Of a stretch of DNA of 64,000 nucleotides, positions 1-10,534 are shown piece after piece (the stretch's first letter is position 1; every line of letters begins with the position of its first letter). This DNA comes from Eledone cirrhosa (Eukaryota), in NCBI GenBank assembly GCA_964016885.1, contig OZ024743.1:246202001-246266000 (forward strand), read 5' to 3'. The notes below the pieces were generated by a model. It saw only the letters and a program-made list of their open reading frames with translations. It did no database searches and was not told the DNA's origin. The position numbers and the translations under genes are program-made.

Positions 1-79
1 ATCGTTCTTGTCAATGCTCCGTTTAGTTGGTATTTATTGGTCTACAGTTAGATGAATGGCGCACAAAGGGTTAATGTTT

Positions 80-586
80 ATTAGCAAGAAGTGCAACTGG
101 GCTGGCTTGCCTCGTTTATATTATATATTAAAATAACAGATTAAAGTTTAAGCAAAGAATCGCTGCTTTCACCATTAACGGGGTCTTCTGAAACTAAAAA
201 AAAATCAATCTGTGAACGCAGAAGTAAATATTTCGAAAAATGCTGCAACCGAAGGAAAACATGAAGACGATACTTTGGTTCGTGAAGACGTTCCCTGAAC
301 GGAAAATAGCGAACATAATACGTCATCAATGTTCGTCAGAATGTCGTAATGCAGACAGCCAGGCATACAGACAGATATTATAAGAGCACGACGGAGATGG
401 ATAACCGGCGCCTAACACACCTTTAACAACAGAAAATTGAAACATAAAAGCTGCAGTTAATATCTTCAGACCGCAAGGAATATATAAATGCAAGTTTGAA
501 GTCAATCGGAGTAGAAATGTGGATTTGTATAGACTTTGCAAAAATGAGGACACACACACAGACAACTACAGTTTTATATATATAGA
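80..586 (-). mobile_element. Degenerate non-autonomous Helitron-like element
   Basis: Minus strand begins A|TCTATATATATAAAACTGTAGTTGTCTGTGTGTG at 586, matching the Helitron-like 5' end at 63441. The 3' hairpin/CTAG near 80-115 is only weakly recognisable. Confidence 0.45.
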
Positions 587-619
587 TTATTACGTTTTAT
601 ATTCTGCCATTGTGAACAC

Positions 620-940
620 TCCATGGCCAAGTGGTTCAGGAGTTCACCCCGCAAGCGTAGGGTGATATCTTGGGCAAACATCATTTAACATAGCTTACGG
701 TCGAACCAACACTTCTGAGGGGATCTGAGCAGACGGAAACCGCCCTGAAGACTATCGGGTAGATTGTACCTGTAATTCAATAGGCTAGCCTTGTCACACT
801 GTGTCACGGTCACTCTCCTCAAAAATTACGTTAGGGTTACACGTGTTGAATACTCAGCTACTTGCACGTTGGTTTCAGGATCAGAGTGTTGTTCCGTTGA
901 TCAAATAACTGGAACACCCATTGTCGAAACCGACGGAGGT
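620..940 (+). mobile_element. tRNA-derived SINE, family A (CORE-like)
   Basis: A-box-like TGGCCAAGTGGTT. Body motifs (tgtacctgtaattcaa, ccttgtcacactgtgtcacg, ctgttccgttgatc..aactggaacac) recur at 17.2-17.9, 41.8-42.1, 47.4-47.7 and 51.65-51.9 kb. Confidence 0.65.
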
Positions 941-1649
941 CCATTCTACAGTACATGCATCGAGTACTACCATGATTTGAAGTTTTCGCGGTCCTCGCAC
1001 TACACACACGCACACACACACATATATATATATATATAACAGGAATGTTAGCGGATCTAAAAATAAACACACATAAGGCAAAACCGACTCAATGTTGCTA
1101 TTTAGGATCAACAAATAAAATCTCGTTTTGTCGAGGACATCAGCCGGTCACTTGAACTCAATGTTGTCAAACTGGTTGAAGAAGAGAAAGAAGACATTTA
1201 TAGACGAATAACAAGACAGTGACAACACTAGTTGCTAAAATACACACTCTTAGAGCCTCTGCGTGCTAGAAAGAGCTGTAAAATCTGTTTTAAATCCAAA
1301 ACATCTTAAACAAGGAAGTAAACATTGAATAATGTTTTATTTTAATGGTTTTGTTAGAAGACGAAGAGCAACGCCTGCGTCCATTATCACGGATTTTGAT
1401 ATTAGCTGGAGGAAGTGAAGAAATTATCTTTATATCAGCCACTTGGCCTGAATGTAACGTCATTGTTATCGTTAGTTGCCCGAGCAGATGATGCAGTTGG
1501 TAGAACATTTCTTGGAAATTAATCGTGGTAATTTTGCATAATGGTATTGTTTGAAACCCAAAGTTTATATTCTTTGTAACAAAAGCACAAGATTAAAAAA
1601 ATACTATTACCTCTTGCAAAACATAGATAAACAAACAATCGACAACGAA

Positions 1650-4600
1650 GGGCTTCAGGTCGCACAGCATGGATGTAGTAGCCATTTGCGAGTCCATGAT
1701 CCACAGCAAGCGACAACTGGCCCCCATCTTCGACGACTTTGAGATCTACGCATCTCTCTGTCAGCCTGGAGGTGGGGGTGGGATTGCCGTTTTTCTGCGG
1801 AAACACCTGGACCTCGTAACACAGACGGTACATCTGGACCCGGAGGGTCGACTGGTGGTCCTAGATGTTGACGGTAGTGAAGGTGGAGCCTTCAGGCTGG
1901 TGGCCGCATATGCCCCATCCGGGACACCGCGGCCAGACTTCTTCAAACGTCTAGAGAATTTTCTGGGAACGTCCCGCTCTCTGCTGTTAGTGGGGGACTG
2001 GAATGGAATCCTAGATGCACGTTGGGACTATGTGGGAGCATGTCCCGATAGAGGGGGGTGTAACAGCCTCAAACAGTTAATCGGCCGATTTGACCTGGCC
2101 GATAGATATCGACTAGATTTTCCAACTGTGCCACTGTGGACGTGGACTAATCTTAGCGGAACATCTAGATCGTACTTAGATAGGGTTCTAGTTAGAAAGA
2201 AGGATAGGGACATGTTAAGCTGTCCACAAATGTTCATGGTTGCCTATTCAGATCACAAATTAGTGACCTGCTTAGTCAACCTTGACAAAACCCATAGACA
2301 GGGACCCGGCTACTGGAAGCTGAACTTGCCGTTACCGACATGCAAAGCCTAGAGTAGACGGATTAGCACTTTAGTTAAGCAGCACTTGACGGGGCCATTG
2401 TCAACAACAGATGGTGGTACTCTCCCAAGAGGGCAGTTAGATTAGACTCGATAGGTTTTAGTAAAGAATTAGTGTTAGATAGAAATAAGACCGAAAAGGA
2501 ACTGGTAGATAAAGTAGAAGAGGCACTTAGGAGTGGCCACGTAGCCAGCGTGCTAGCGACGAGAACGGCCTTGGACCAGTTCTTCGACGCAAAGCATGAA
2601 GGCTGCGTTGTCAGAAGCAAAATACGTGCTCTGGGAAACGAGGGAGCCAAAGCTGTTAGCTGTGCCCGAGTGACGGAGGCGAAAAGTGGCAACAAGTCCA
2701 CGATTCGGTCTTTGAAGGGCCAAGACGGACGCGTGATACGTGAGCCGAAGCAAATGTGCGCGGCCTTTCAGCGGCACTTTGCTCAACTATTCGGGAAGGG
2801 CGGCGCGCAGGGAGGGGCTATGGATTTCGGTTCATACCTCGACGGCCTACCGCGACTCTCGGACAGCAAGGCGAAGTTCTGCGAAAGGCCGATTTCGGCC
2901 GCTGAGATGGGGGACGCGCTGAGCCAATGCGGCAAACGCAAATCTCCAGGTCTCGACGGTCTACCCTACGAATTTTACGTAGCAATGCCGGACTTGTTCT
3001 CCGGTCTCCTGGAAGCGGTCTAATGCAACTGACAGCAGAATGGGAGAATTCCCAGTTCTGTGACCAAGGGCGTAATCACGTCAGGAAGGACGAGAACAAG
3101 GGGGATGACATAGGCAACTTCCGGCCCATAACTCTGCTCAACACAGAGTTACAGATTTTGGCCAAGGTATTGGCAAAGAGGTTGGCGCTTGTCGTCGAAA
3201 ACCTGGTGGGAGAAGCGCAGACATGCGCAATCCCGACCAGGTCCATACACGACAACCTTCACCTCATGCGACACAACATAGAGAGGGTAGGGTGTAAACC
3301 CGGCTTCGGTGGGGCCCTGATCAACTTGGATCAGTCTAAGGATTTCGATAGGGTTGACCATCGTTACCTTGATGCGGTGCTCGAGGCGGCAGGCTTCGGT
3401 CCCGTGTTCAGGGGCTGGATTGCTGCAATGCACAACAGCAACATCTGCTCAAGAGTCAAGGTGAACGGCTACCTCTCGGAGCCGTTCCATATCACGCGAT
3501 CCATCCGACAGGGATGCCCTCTCTCCTCCATTCTGTACGTACTGACTCTCGAGCCACCACTGCGGGAGTTGAAGCTATTGCAGGGCATCCCTTTGGAACC
3601 GGGGCTGCGAAAAGCGGCGTCGGCCTACGCCGACGACGTGACAGTAATGGTGTCGAGCACCTCGCAAATCGGGGAGATCGGCACCTTACTGGAGGAATAC
3701 GAAAGGTTCACAGGAGGGAAGCTGAACCGGGACAAATCTGTTGGTTTGCAACTCGGAACGTGGAGAGGCAAACCGATGCCTTCCGATGACGTCGTCGGAC
3801 GCTGGACGGAATGACCGGTAAAGCTGCTCGGGGTCTGGTTTGGTCCTGACCTCCAGATGGAGAAGAACTGGAACGAGGTGACGGCCAAGGTGTTTGCGCT
3901 CACCCAGAAGTGGGCCGAGTGCAAACTATCCTTGAAAGGTCGAGCGGAGGTGGCGAAAACTTTTATAGAGACCGTCATCTACTGCCGCTTGACCGTTGTG
4001 CCTTGTCCAGCCAAAACGCTCACCAAAATGGAGCGCGCGCTCTTCCAATTCCTTTGGAATAAACGGGCTCCTTTGGTGAGAAGACCCATCTGCTGCCAAC
4101 ACCCTTCCAACGGAGGGCTGGGGATGCCGTAGCTGACGATGCGCAAACACGCGCTCAGGCTGCGGCATCTCTACGTATTCCTCACCGGACAACCGGTGTG
4201 GGCCCCGTTCGTGAGGCGAGCCTTCCCACGACTCGTCTCGCTGACCGAGCTGCAGTCCTGGGTCAAGCAAAGACCAAGGAAAATGAGCGACTGGCACATC
4301 GAATGTGCTCAGGCGCTCACAGCCCTCTGGCAGGGGGACCCGGCGATCAGTGGAGACTCCACTTCGTCATTCTATAGAGGGTTGATCCGCAGCAAGTGCG
4401 ACGACACGCTCGGAGAAGCTCTAGGCGTAGAGGAAAACGAACTGGCCAGTCTGTTCGGTAAGACCTTCCGTCCGGGACCGATGGACAACTTACAAAAGTC
4501 CCTGGCCTGGCAGTGCTACCGAGGAGCTCTACCAGTTCGAGACAAGCTCTACAGACACGGGCGAAAAAGATCTGTCCGAGATGCGTGCGCGACGAGGAAA

Positions 4601-5225
4601 CAGTCGCACACGCATTTGTACACTGCCCGGGCGTTACCGACCTGTAGGGCTATGTAGAACGACTATTGTCGCGGGTGGGACCAATCCAGTTGACCACCGA
4701 GTCCATTGTCATGATCAAACCGCCACCCTCCTTCAAAAACGAGGGAGAGGCGGCTTTCCTATGTGTTATGGCTATGGTGAAAGAGGTTATATGGTGGACG
4801 AGGTTAAAAGGGCTGAGGTCAGACACCTTTCTCTCCGGCGAACAACTGATTCGTTTTTTCAAATATAATTTTGGAAGAAGAATCAGGATGGAGAGAGAGG
4901 TGCTGTACCCCAGCAAATTTTATAAAAGGTGGGTGAATGTGGCAAAGATGGCCCGAGTGGTTGGGCCTTCTCTTTATATAAGCCTGTAGGTTGAGGAAAA
5001 AGAAGAGAGGAAGGGAGTACTCACTCTTGGTGCTCCTGGAGATGAAGGTTGTAGATTTTTTCGGGGGTGTGTACAACCCCTGTGTAACACCTCCCCTATT
5101 GGGGATTTCAATTGTTATTTGTTATTGTATTAATAGTTTTATTTTCATATACCTGTATGTAAACTCCCCATTTGTATTTGTCCCCTTCTTTTGTGCCCTT
5201 GTGGCTAATAAAGAAATTTATCTCT
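1650..5225 (+). mobile_element. L1/Tx1-clade LINE, 5'-truncated, disrupted ORF2 (APE endonuclease, RT, C-terminal Zn finger)
   Basis: APE motifs VGDWN, YLDRVLV, SDHK (ORF 1669-2352). RT motifs FRPITLLN, DQSKDFDRVDH, IRQGCPLS, AYADD (ORF 2927-3814). Several stops and frameshifts. Ends AATAAAGAAATTTATCTC. Confidence 0.93.
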
Positions 5226-5370
5226 ATATATATATATGTAAGTATGTTTTGAAACAGTGAGCAGGTTTGAAATTAGAAAATAGAATAGCTTTCACCGTAT
5301 TTTTGACTAAAGAAATTTTAGCCTGATAATGGGGTTTAGAACCCTCAGATAAATGGAAAAAGATGAGTAT

Positions 5371-5441
5371 TGACGTACATGGGAGTCGAATCCACATCTT
5401 TGGTTATCCAGACCACTGTGCTACCATTACACCAACGCATC
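5371..5441 (-). pseudogene. tRNA-like sequence (pseudo-tRNA or SINE head)
   Basis: Minus strand GATGCGTTGGTGTAATGGTAGCAC...GTGGATTCGACTCCCATGTACGTCA has A and B boxes, but the acceptor and T stems are mispaired. Confidence 0.5.
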
Positions 5442-5465
5442 ACTATATATACATTTTTTTTTCTT

Positions 5466-6469
5466 GTTTTTTTCTCTCTCTCTCTCGTCTGCGACTTCAC
5501 AGAACTTATGTTTACCGAATTCGCAGACCAGACCCCTTCTTCCTCCCGTTAGACCTGTGCGAAATTCCTTCCTTGCTCACATTTCAACCAGGTTTGATGG
5601 TCTTTATTCTCTCGTTCACGATTCCACCGAATTTATATTCATAGAAATCTGGGACTTGTTTCTTTCTTCTTCATCACTTTCTGTTGCTTAACCCATTTTG
5701 TTTGTTTACCCTAGCGTCCCCCTTATTTACGTGTCCCAACGACTTTTTTTCAGCCGTTGCTCGCACCAACCTGAGGTATATGGCCTTTAATGCGACGAAA
5801 TGCCTACGACGGTTGGAAGGCCACTGATGAGGACAAACTTTTTCATATGTAACCCATTTGCAGCGCCGCAGCTCCATTATTATCATATTTACACATATAT
5901 TTTTTCCTCCGCTGCCACCAGTCTGTTTCGTTCTTTGTATCTTTACACTTTCTAGCAGTCTCTCTCTCTCTCTGTTAGCCTCTTCCTCACCTTTCACTCA
6001 CTCACTCTCTGTCACTACCTCTCCTCTTCCCCTTTCTTCCCGTTTGACCTGTCCGTAATCCTTTTCTCGCGGGCACTTGGCCAAGCCGGTATGAAGTTTT
6101 TTTCTCTCTCTCTCTCGTCTGCGACTTCACAGAACTTATGTTTACCGAATTCGCAGACCAGACCTCTTCTTCCTCCCGTTAGACCTGTGCGAAATTCCTT
6201 CCTTGCTCACATTTCAACCAGGTTTGATGGTCTTTATTCTTTCGTTCACGATTCCACCGAATTTATATTCATAGAAATCTGGGACTTGTTTCTTTCTTCT
6301 TCATCACTTTCTGTTGCTTAAACCATTTTGTTTGTTTACCCTAGCGTCCCCCTTATTTACGTGTCCCAACAACTTTCTTTAGCCGTTTCTCGCACCAACC
6401 TGAGGTATATGGCCTTTAATGCGACGAAATGCCTACGACGGTTGGAAGGCCACTGATAAGGACAAACTT

Positions 6470-6476
<7 letters not shown>
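5466..6476 (+). repeat. ~380-bp direct repeats (period ~630), each ending just after a hammerhead-like CTGATGA/CTGATAA; PLE pseudo-LTR-like
   Basis: 5466-5848 is nearly identical to 6097-6476. CTGATGA at 5824-5830 and CTGATAA at 6453-6459. The second copy runs into (TA)n. Confidence 0.7.
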
Positions 6477-6558
<82 letters not shown>

Positions 6559-6567
<9 letters not shown>

Positions 6568-6894
6568 AGATCAAAAGATGGTTAAAGGAGTTCCATGTAT
6601 TTTATTATGCGCATTTCAAAAACAAACATCATCATGCAATAATATTTGTGTTTTCATCAGACAAAACAGGAGGACAGGATATGAAGGCTAAAAAACACTT
6701 GTGGATAGTGCAGTTTTAAATCAGCATATATCCATATGCTGATTTAAAACTGCACTATCCACAAGTGTTTTTAGCCTTCATATCATGTCCTCCTGTTTTG
6801 TCTGATGAAAACACAAATATTATTGCATGATGATGTTTGTTTTTGAAATGCGCATAATAAAATACATGGAACTCCTTTAACCATCTTTTGATCT

Positions 6895-6903
<9 letters not shown>
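6559..6903. repeat. Near-perfect ~345-bp palindrome embedded in (TA)n
   Basis: Arms 6559-6729 and 6734-6903, loop ATCC. One mismatch and one 1-nt indel seen. Confidence 0.95.
6796..6862 (+). ncRNA. Minimal type I hammerhead ribozyme (mirror copy on - strand at 6600-6666)
   Basis: Stem I TTTTGT/ATAAAA, core CTGATGA 6802-6808, long imperfect stem II, GAAA 6845-6848, palindromic stem III ATGCGCAT, cleavage triplet ATA. Confidence 0.75.
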
Positions 6904-6951
<48 letters not shown>

Positions 6952-6954
<3 letters not shown>

Positions 6955-7490
6955 CCTGGCGTTAGAGACAAGATATCTCAACCTAGTGCGATCAATAACT
7001 AAAATAAGTTATTGGAATGCCATTTTATTCATATAATTTTCCGTATCTGCTGTGACCTGTCTTTCCTCTTCCCTTGTTGCTATCAACTCACCCCCTCTCT
7101 CTTTCGCCCTCTTACTTTCACTCACTCCCTCTCTGCTAGTCACCCTCTCTCCGCTAGCTTACTTCCTCCCTCGTCCGCCACTGCAAGCAGTCCCTTTTTT
7201 CGCTCACACTGCTACAGTCAAGACGTGTCTGTTCTCTCTCGTCACACTTGCCAGGACTTATGTCCGAAAAAGGTTTGTTGACTTGATATTTTCCTCTCTT
7301 TCCGTTGCTTTACTTTTCGTGTCTGTTTACGTATTTTTTTCTCTCTTTCCCCCTTTCTATCCCAATAACTTATTTTAGTTATTGACGGCACTTGGTTGAG
7401 ATATCTTGCCTCTAACGCGAAGAAATATCGATGATTCCTAGAAGACAACTGATGAAGGATAATACCCTCTTTCGCCCGTAACTTTTTTAT
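6952..7490 (+). mobile_element. PLE pseudo-LTR-like fragment with inverted 5' segment and degenerate hammerhead
   Basis: 6952-7016 is an imperfect inverted copy of 7362-7427. CTGATGAAGG...CCCGTAAC near 7449-7482. Flanked by (TA)n on both sides. Confidence 0.5.
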
Positions 7491-7538
<48 letters not shown>

Positions 7539-7557
7539 TGTATATATATATATATAT

Positions 7558-7750
7558 AAAGAAGGATTGTGGTAAGGGACCAGATGGACCATAACGCACC
7601 AGAGTACTCAATACTTAGGGTAGTAGAGTGGGTAATAGGAAAAAGTATGACCCCGATGGCAGAGCTCAAGCCGTTTCGACGGCTATTTCTGGACAGAAAT
7701 AGTCGTCGAAACGGCTTGAGCTCTGCCGTCGGGGTCATACTTTTTCCTGT
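7558..7750. mobile_element. ~190-bp fold-back element containing the 3' half of a hammerhead (copy 1)
   Basis: Hairpin 7637-7748 with ~55-bp arms. Right arm reads GAAA(7708)-CGGC..GCCG-TC(7730)-GGGGTCATA. Homologous to 34880-35073 and sits in (TA)n. Confidence 0.8.
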
Positions 7751-7772
7751 ATATATATATCCATCCATCCAT

Positions 7773-7805
<33 letters not shown>

Positions 7806-7883
7806 TATCTATCTAATCTGGGATGGACACGTGTTAAACTTGCTCTGTAAGTTTTGTTTAAATTTCATTAGAAATTCCTCATT

Positions 7884-10530
7884 AATAATAATAATAATAA
7901 TAATGAAATTATTGTGTAAAGTGCTCAGGTGCGCTACAACTCGTCAAAGGTGCATGTATAGTACATAGAATAATACACAAATGTCAGGGAAGTGAATAGT
8001 GTATGAGTCATGGTATACATGTGTGTATGTGTATGGAGGGGGAACATTAGCTGTAGTGTTGGCGGATCTCGGGAAGCATGGAGGCCTTAAAGGATGCAGT
8101 GTCTCGACAGCTAACAACTGATGCAGGTAGTTTGTTCCATGCTTCAGCAACTCTGAGCGTGAAAAAATGTTTCCGAAAGTCATGGGAACTGTGCTGTTTT
8201 CTGACTTTGTGGGCATGTCCACGTGTGTTAGACACCATGGAAATCAAAAAGGTACTCAGGGTTGTTGTTGGCAAGATGGTTAACAATTTTGTGGGTGTTA
8301 CCAAGTCAGTTGCCAGGCGTCGGAGCTTCAATGTATCCATGCCCAGGGAAGCAAGGCGCTCAGAGTATGGTAGATGCCTGATGGAGGGTATTCGCTTGGT
8401 TGTACGTCTCTGAACAGTTTCCAGGCGGTCAATGTTCTGAGCAAGATAGGGGTTCCAGACTGGTGATGCAAATTCTAAGTGTGGCCACACCATAGCTGTA
8501 TACAGCCTTAAATAGATATCTGGAGAGCGGCTGAAAAGGGTCTTGCTGAGTGATGCTAAGACACCCTCGGCCCTCTTGACAATGTTAGAGACGTGCTTTG
8601 TCCAACGCAAATCGCTGATGACCGTAATGCCCAGGTCACGTTCACAAGAAGACTTCTTGATATTAGTGCTGTGGAGGGAGTATGTGGACGCTGGGTTTTT
8701 ACTCCCAAAATGCATGGTGGTGCACATGTCCACAGCTAGCTTGAGTTGCCAGTCTGAGATCCATTGTTGCATTGTGTCCAGGTCAGAATGCAAGCAAGAT
8801 CTATAGTGTTCAGGATCTGTCCTTTTTATCTCAAGGTACAGCTTGATGTCATCTGCGTACTTTAGTACCGTAGCATTCTTTAAGTTACCATCCATGTCAT
8901 TAATATATGCCACAAACAAAAGGGGGCCAATAACAGATCCCTGTGGTACACCAGATGACATCTCATATGGTGAGGAATGCTGTCCCATAACCGTGACTAC
9001 CTCTCTTCGACTGAGAATGAAGGACTTCAACCAGTTAAAAAGATCATCCTTCACACCCATTGCAGAGAGTTTTGCCATAAGCCTTTTGTGTGGCACAGAA
9101 TTGAAGGCTTTCGCAAAGTCAAGGTAAACAACATCCACCCATGAGCCGCCATCAGTGATCCGGGTGATGTCCTCAAGAAACTCTATAAGTTGATCACAGC
9201 AGCTGGAGTTGGGGATAAATCCAAATTGCGAGGGCCGGATAAGACTGTGAGAGCTCCAGAAGTTCCAAAGTGTTTCTCTGACACAGGATTCCATCAGTTT
9301 GGCGATGCAACTAGTAAGACTGACTGGACGATAGTTCACAGGTAATGTGCGGTCACCCTTTTTAACCAGAGGAATGACACTGGCAGTTTTCCACTGTTAT
9401 GGAGTAGCACCGTTGTTCAGACAGAATTGGAAGAAGCGTGATAACTGGTGCAGAAGGAAGTACCCACCACGTTTAAGAAGCAGGTACGTAACACCATCAA
9501 GACCAGAAGAGGCATGGTTGCGTTTATTTTTTAGGTGACGTCGCAGCATTGCAGGTGTAAATTCCATAGTTGTAATAGAGTCCGGTGTCATAGATGGTGG
9601 AGATGGTACACTCTGGTCTTCAATAGTGAAAATGCCTGCATAGCATTCAGCAATGAGCTCTGCGCATTCCTTGGGGTCGTCAGTAACCTGGCTTGTGTGG
9701 GGATTGCGAAGAGGACCAACTGGAGAGTGAGGCCTCTGCTTTGAGTGAACATACTTCCAGAACACCTTACTGTCAGGGCTGGTTGCTATGCGCTGCTCAA
9801 ATTGAAGCACTGCCTTTTTTGTCACCTGTTTGAGGTGGTTGGACGATCTATTTCGCCTCTTCCTATTAATGTCTGATTTGTGAAGTTTGTACTCACGTTC
9901 AGCATTGCGCCGTTCTTTTCTGGCAAGACGGACTGCTGCAGTCTCCCAAATTGCACTTTTGGGATGTTTTTTCTGCTTACGTGGCACCGATGCTGCACAT
10001 GCTGTCCATATTGAGCTCAGGATGTTCTGGAGTACAGTGTTGACATCTCCAGAGTCGTAGAACTCAAGCCAGTTTCGCCGTTGCAACTCGGTGCAGTAAC
10101 AGTTCCAGTCTGCTTTATTCCAGTCAAAGTGAGCAGTTTGGAGATGGTTGTGGTTCTTGTTACTGCCCATGAGGGATAGATTGGCAATGATCATAGCATG
10201 ATCAGAGTCACCTAAAGTTCCTCAGCAGTAACACTAATGACCGTTTCAGGAGTAGTGGTGAAGAGTAGGTCCAAAGTGTTGTCACCTCTTGTTGGGGAGG
10301 TGACCACTTGGGACCAACTCGAGTCCAGCACTAGCTCAAGGAAGTCATTTGCACTTGGCGGCCAACGAAAGGTTTCCCAGTCAATCTCAGGGTGATTGAA
10401 GTCTCCTGCAATGAAAACATAAGAGGCTGTCTTCCTGGCAGCAGCTCTGAGGATATCACAAAGTTGAGTGTCCTGGTGGTAATTTGGGGGACGGTAAACG
10501 ACTCCAAGTAGCAGTGTTGACATGGTCATA
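7884..10530 (-). mobile_element. CR1-type LINE, 5'-truncated (APE C-terminal part plus RT), (ATT)n tail
   Basis: APE motifs GVVYRPPN, AGDFNHPEIDW, PTRGDNTLDL. RT motifs NYRPVSLTS, DVVYLDFAKAFNSVPH, SGVPQGSVIGPLLF, KYADD, ERDLG (ORF 8047-9339). Tail (TAA)n at 7884-7903. Confidence 0.92.
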
Positions 10531-10534
10531 CGTA

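Noticed and set aside
5371-5441. Functional tRNA gene
   Set aside because: Mismatches in the acceptor and T stems and an atypical anticodon loop; kept only as tRNA-like.
5790-5840. Circularly permuted (type II) hammerhead GACGAAATGCC...CTGATGAGGAC
   Set aside because: Stem II strands (GAC / GGAC) are not complementary, and there is no proper stem III-UH-stem I arrangement.
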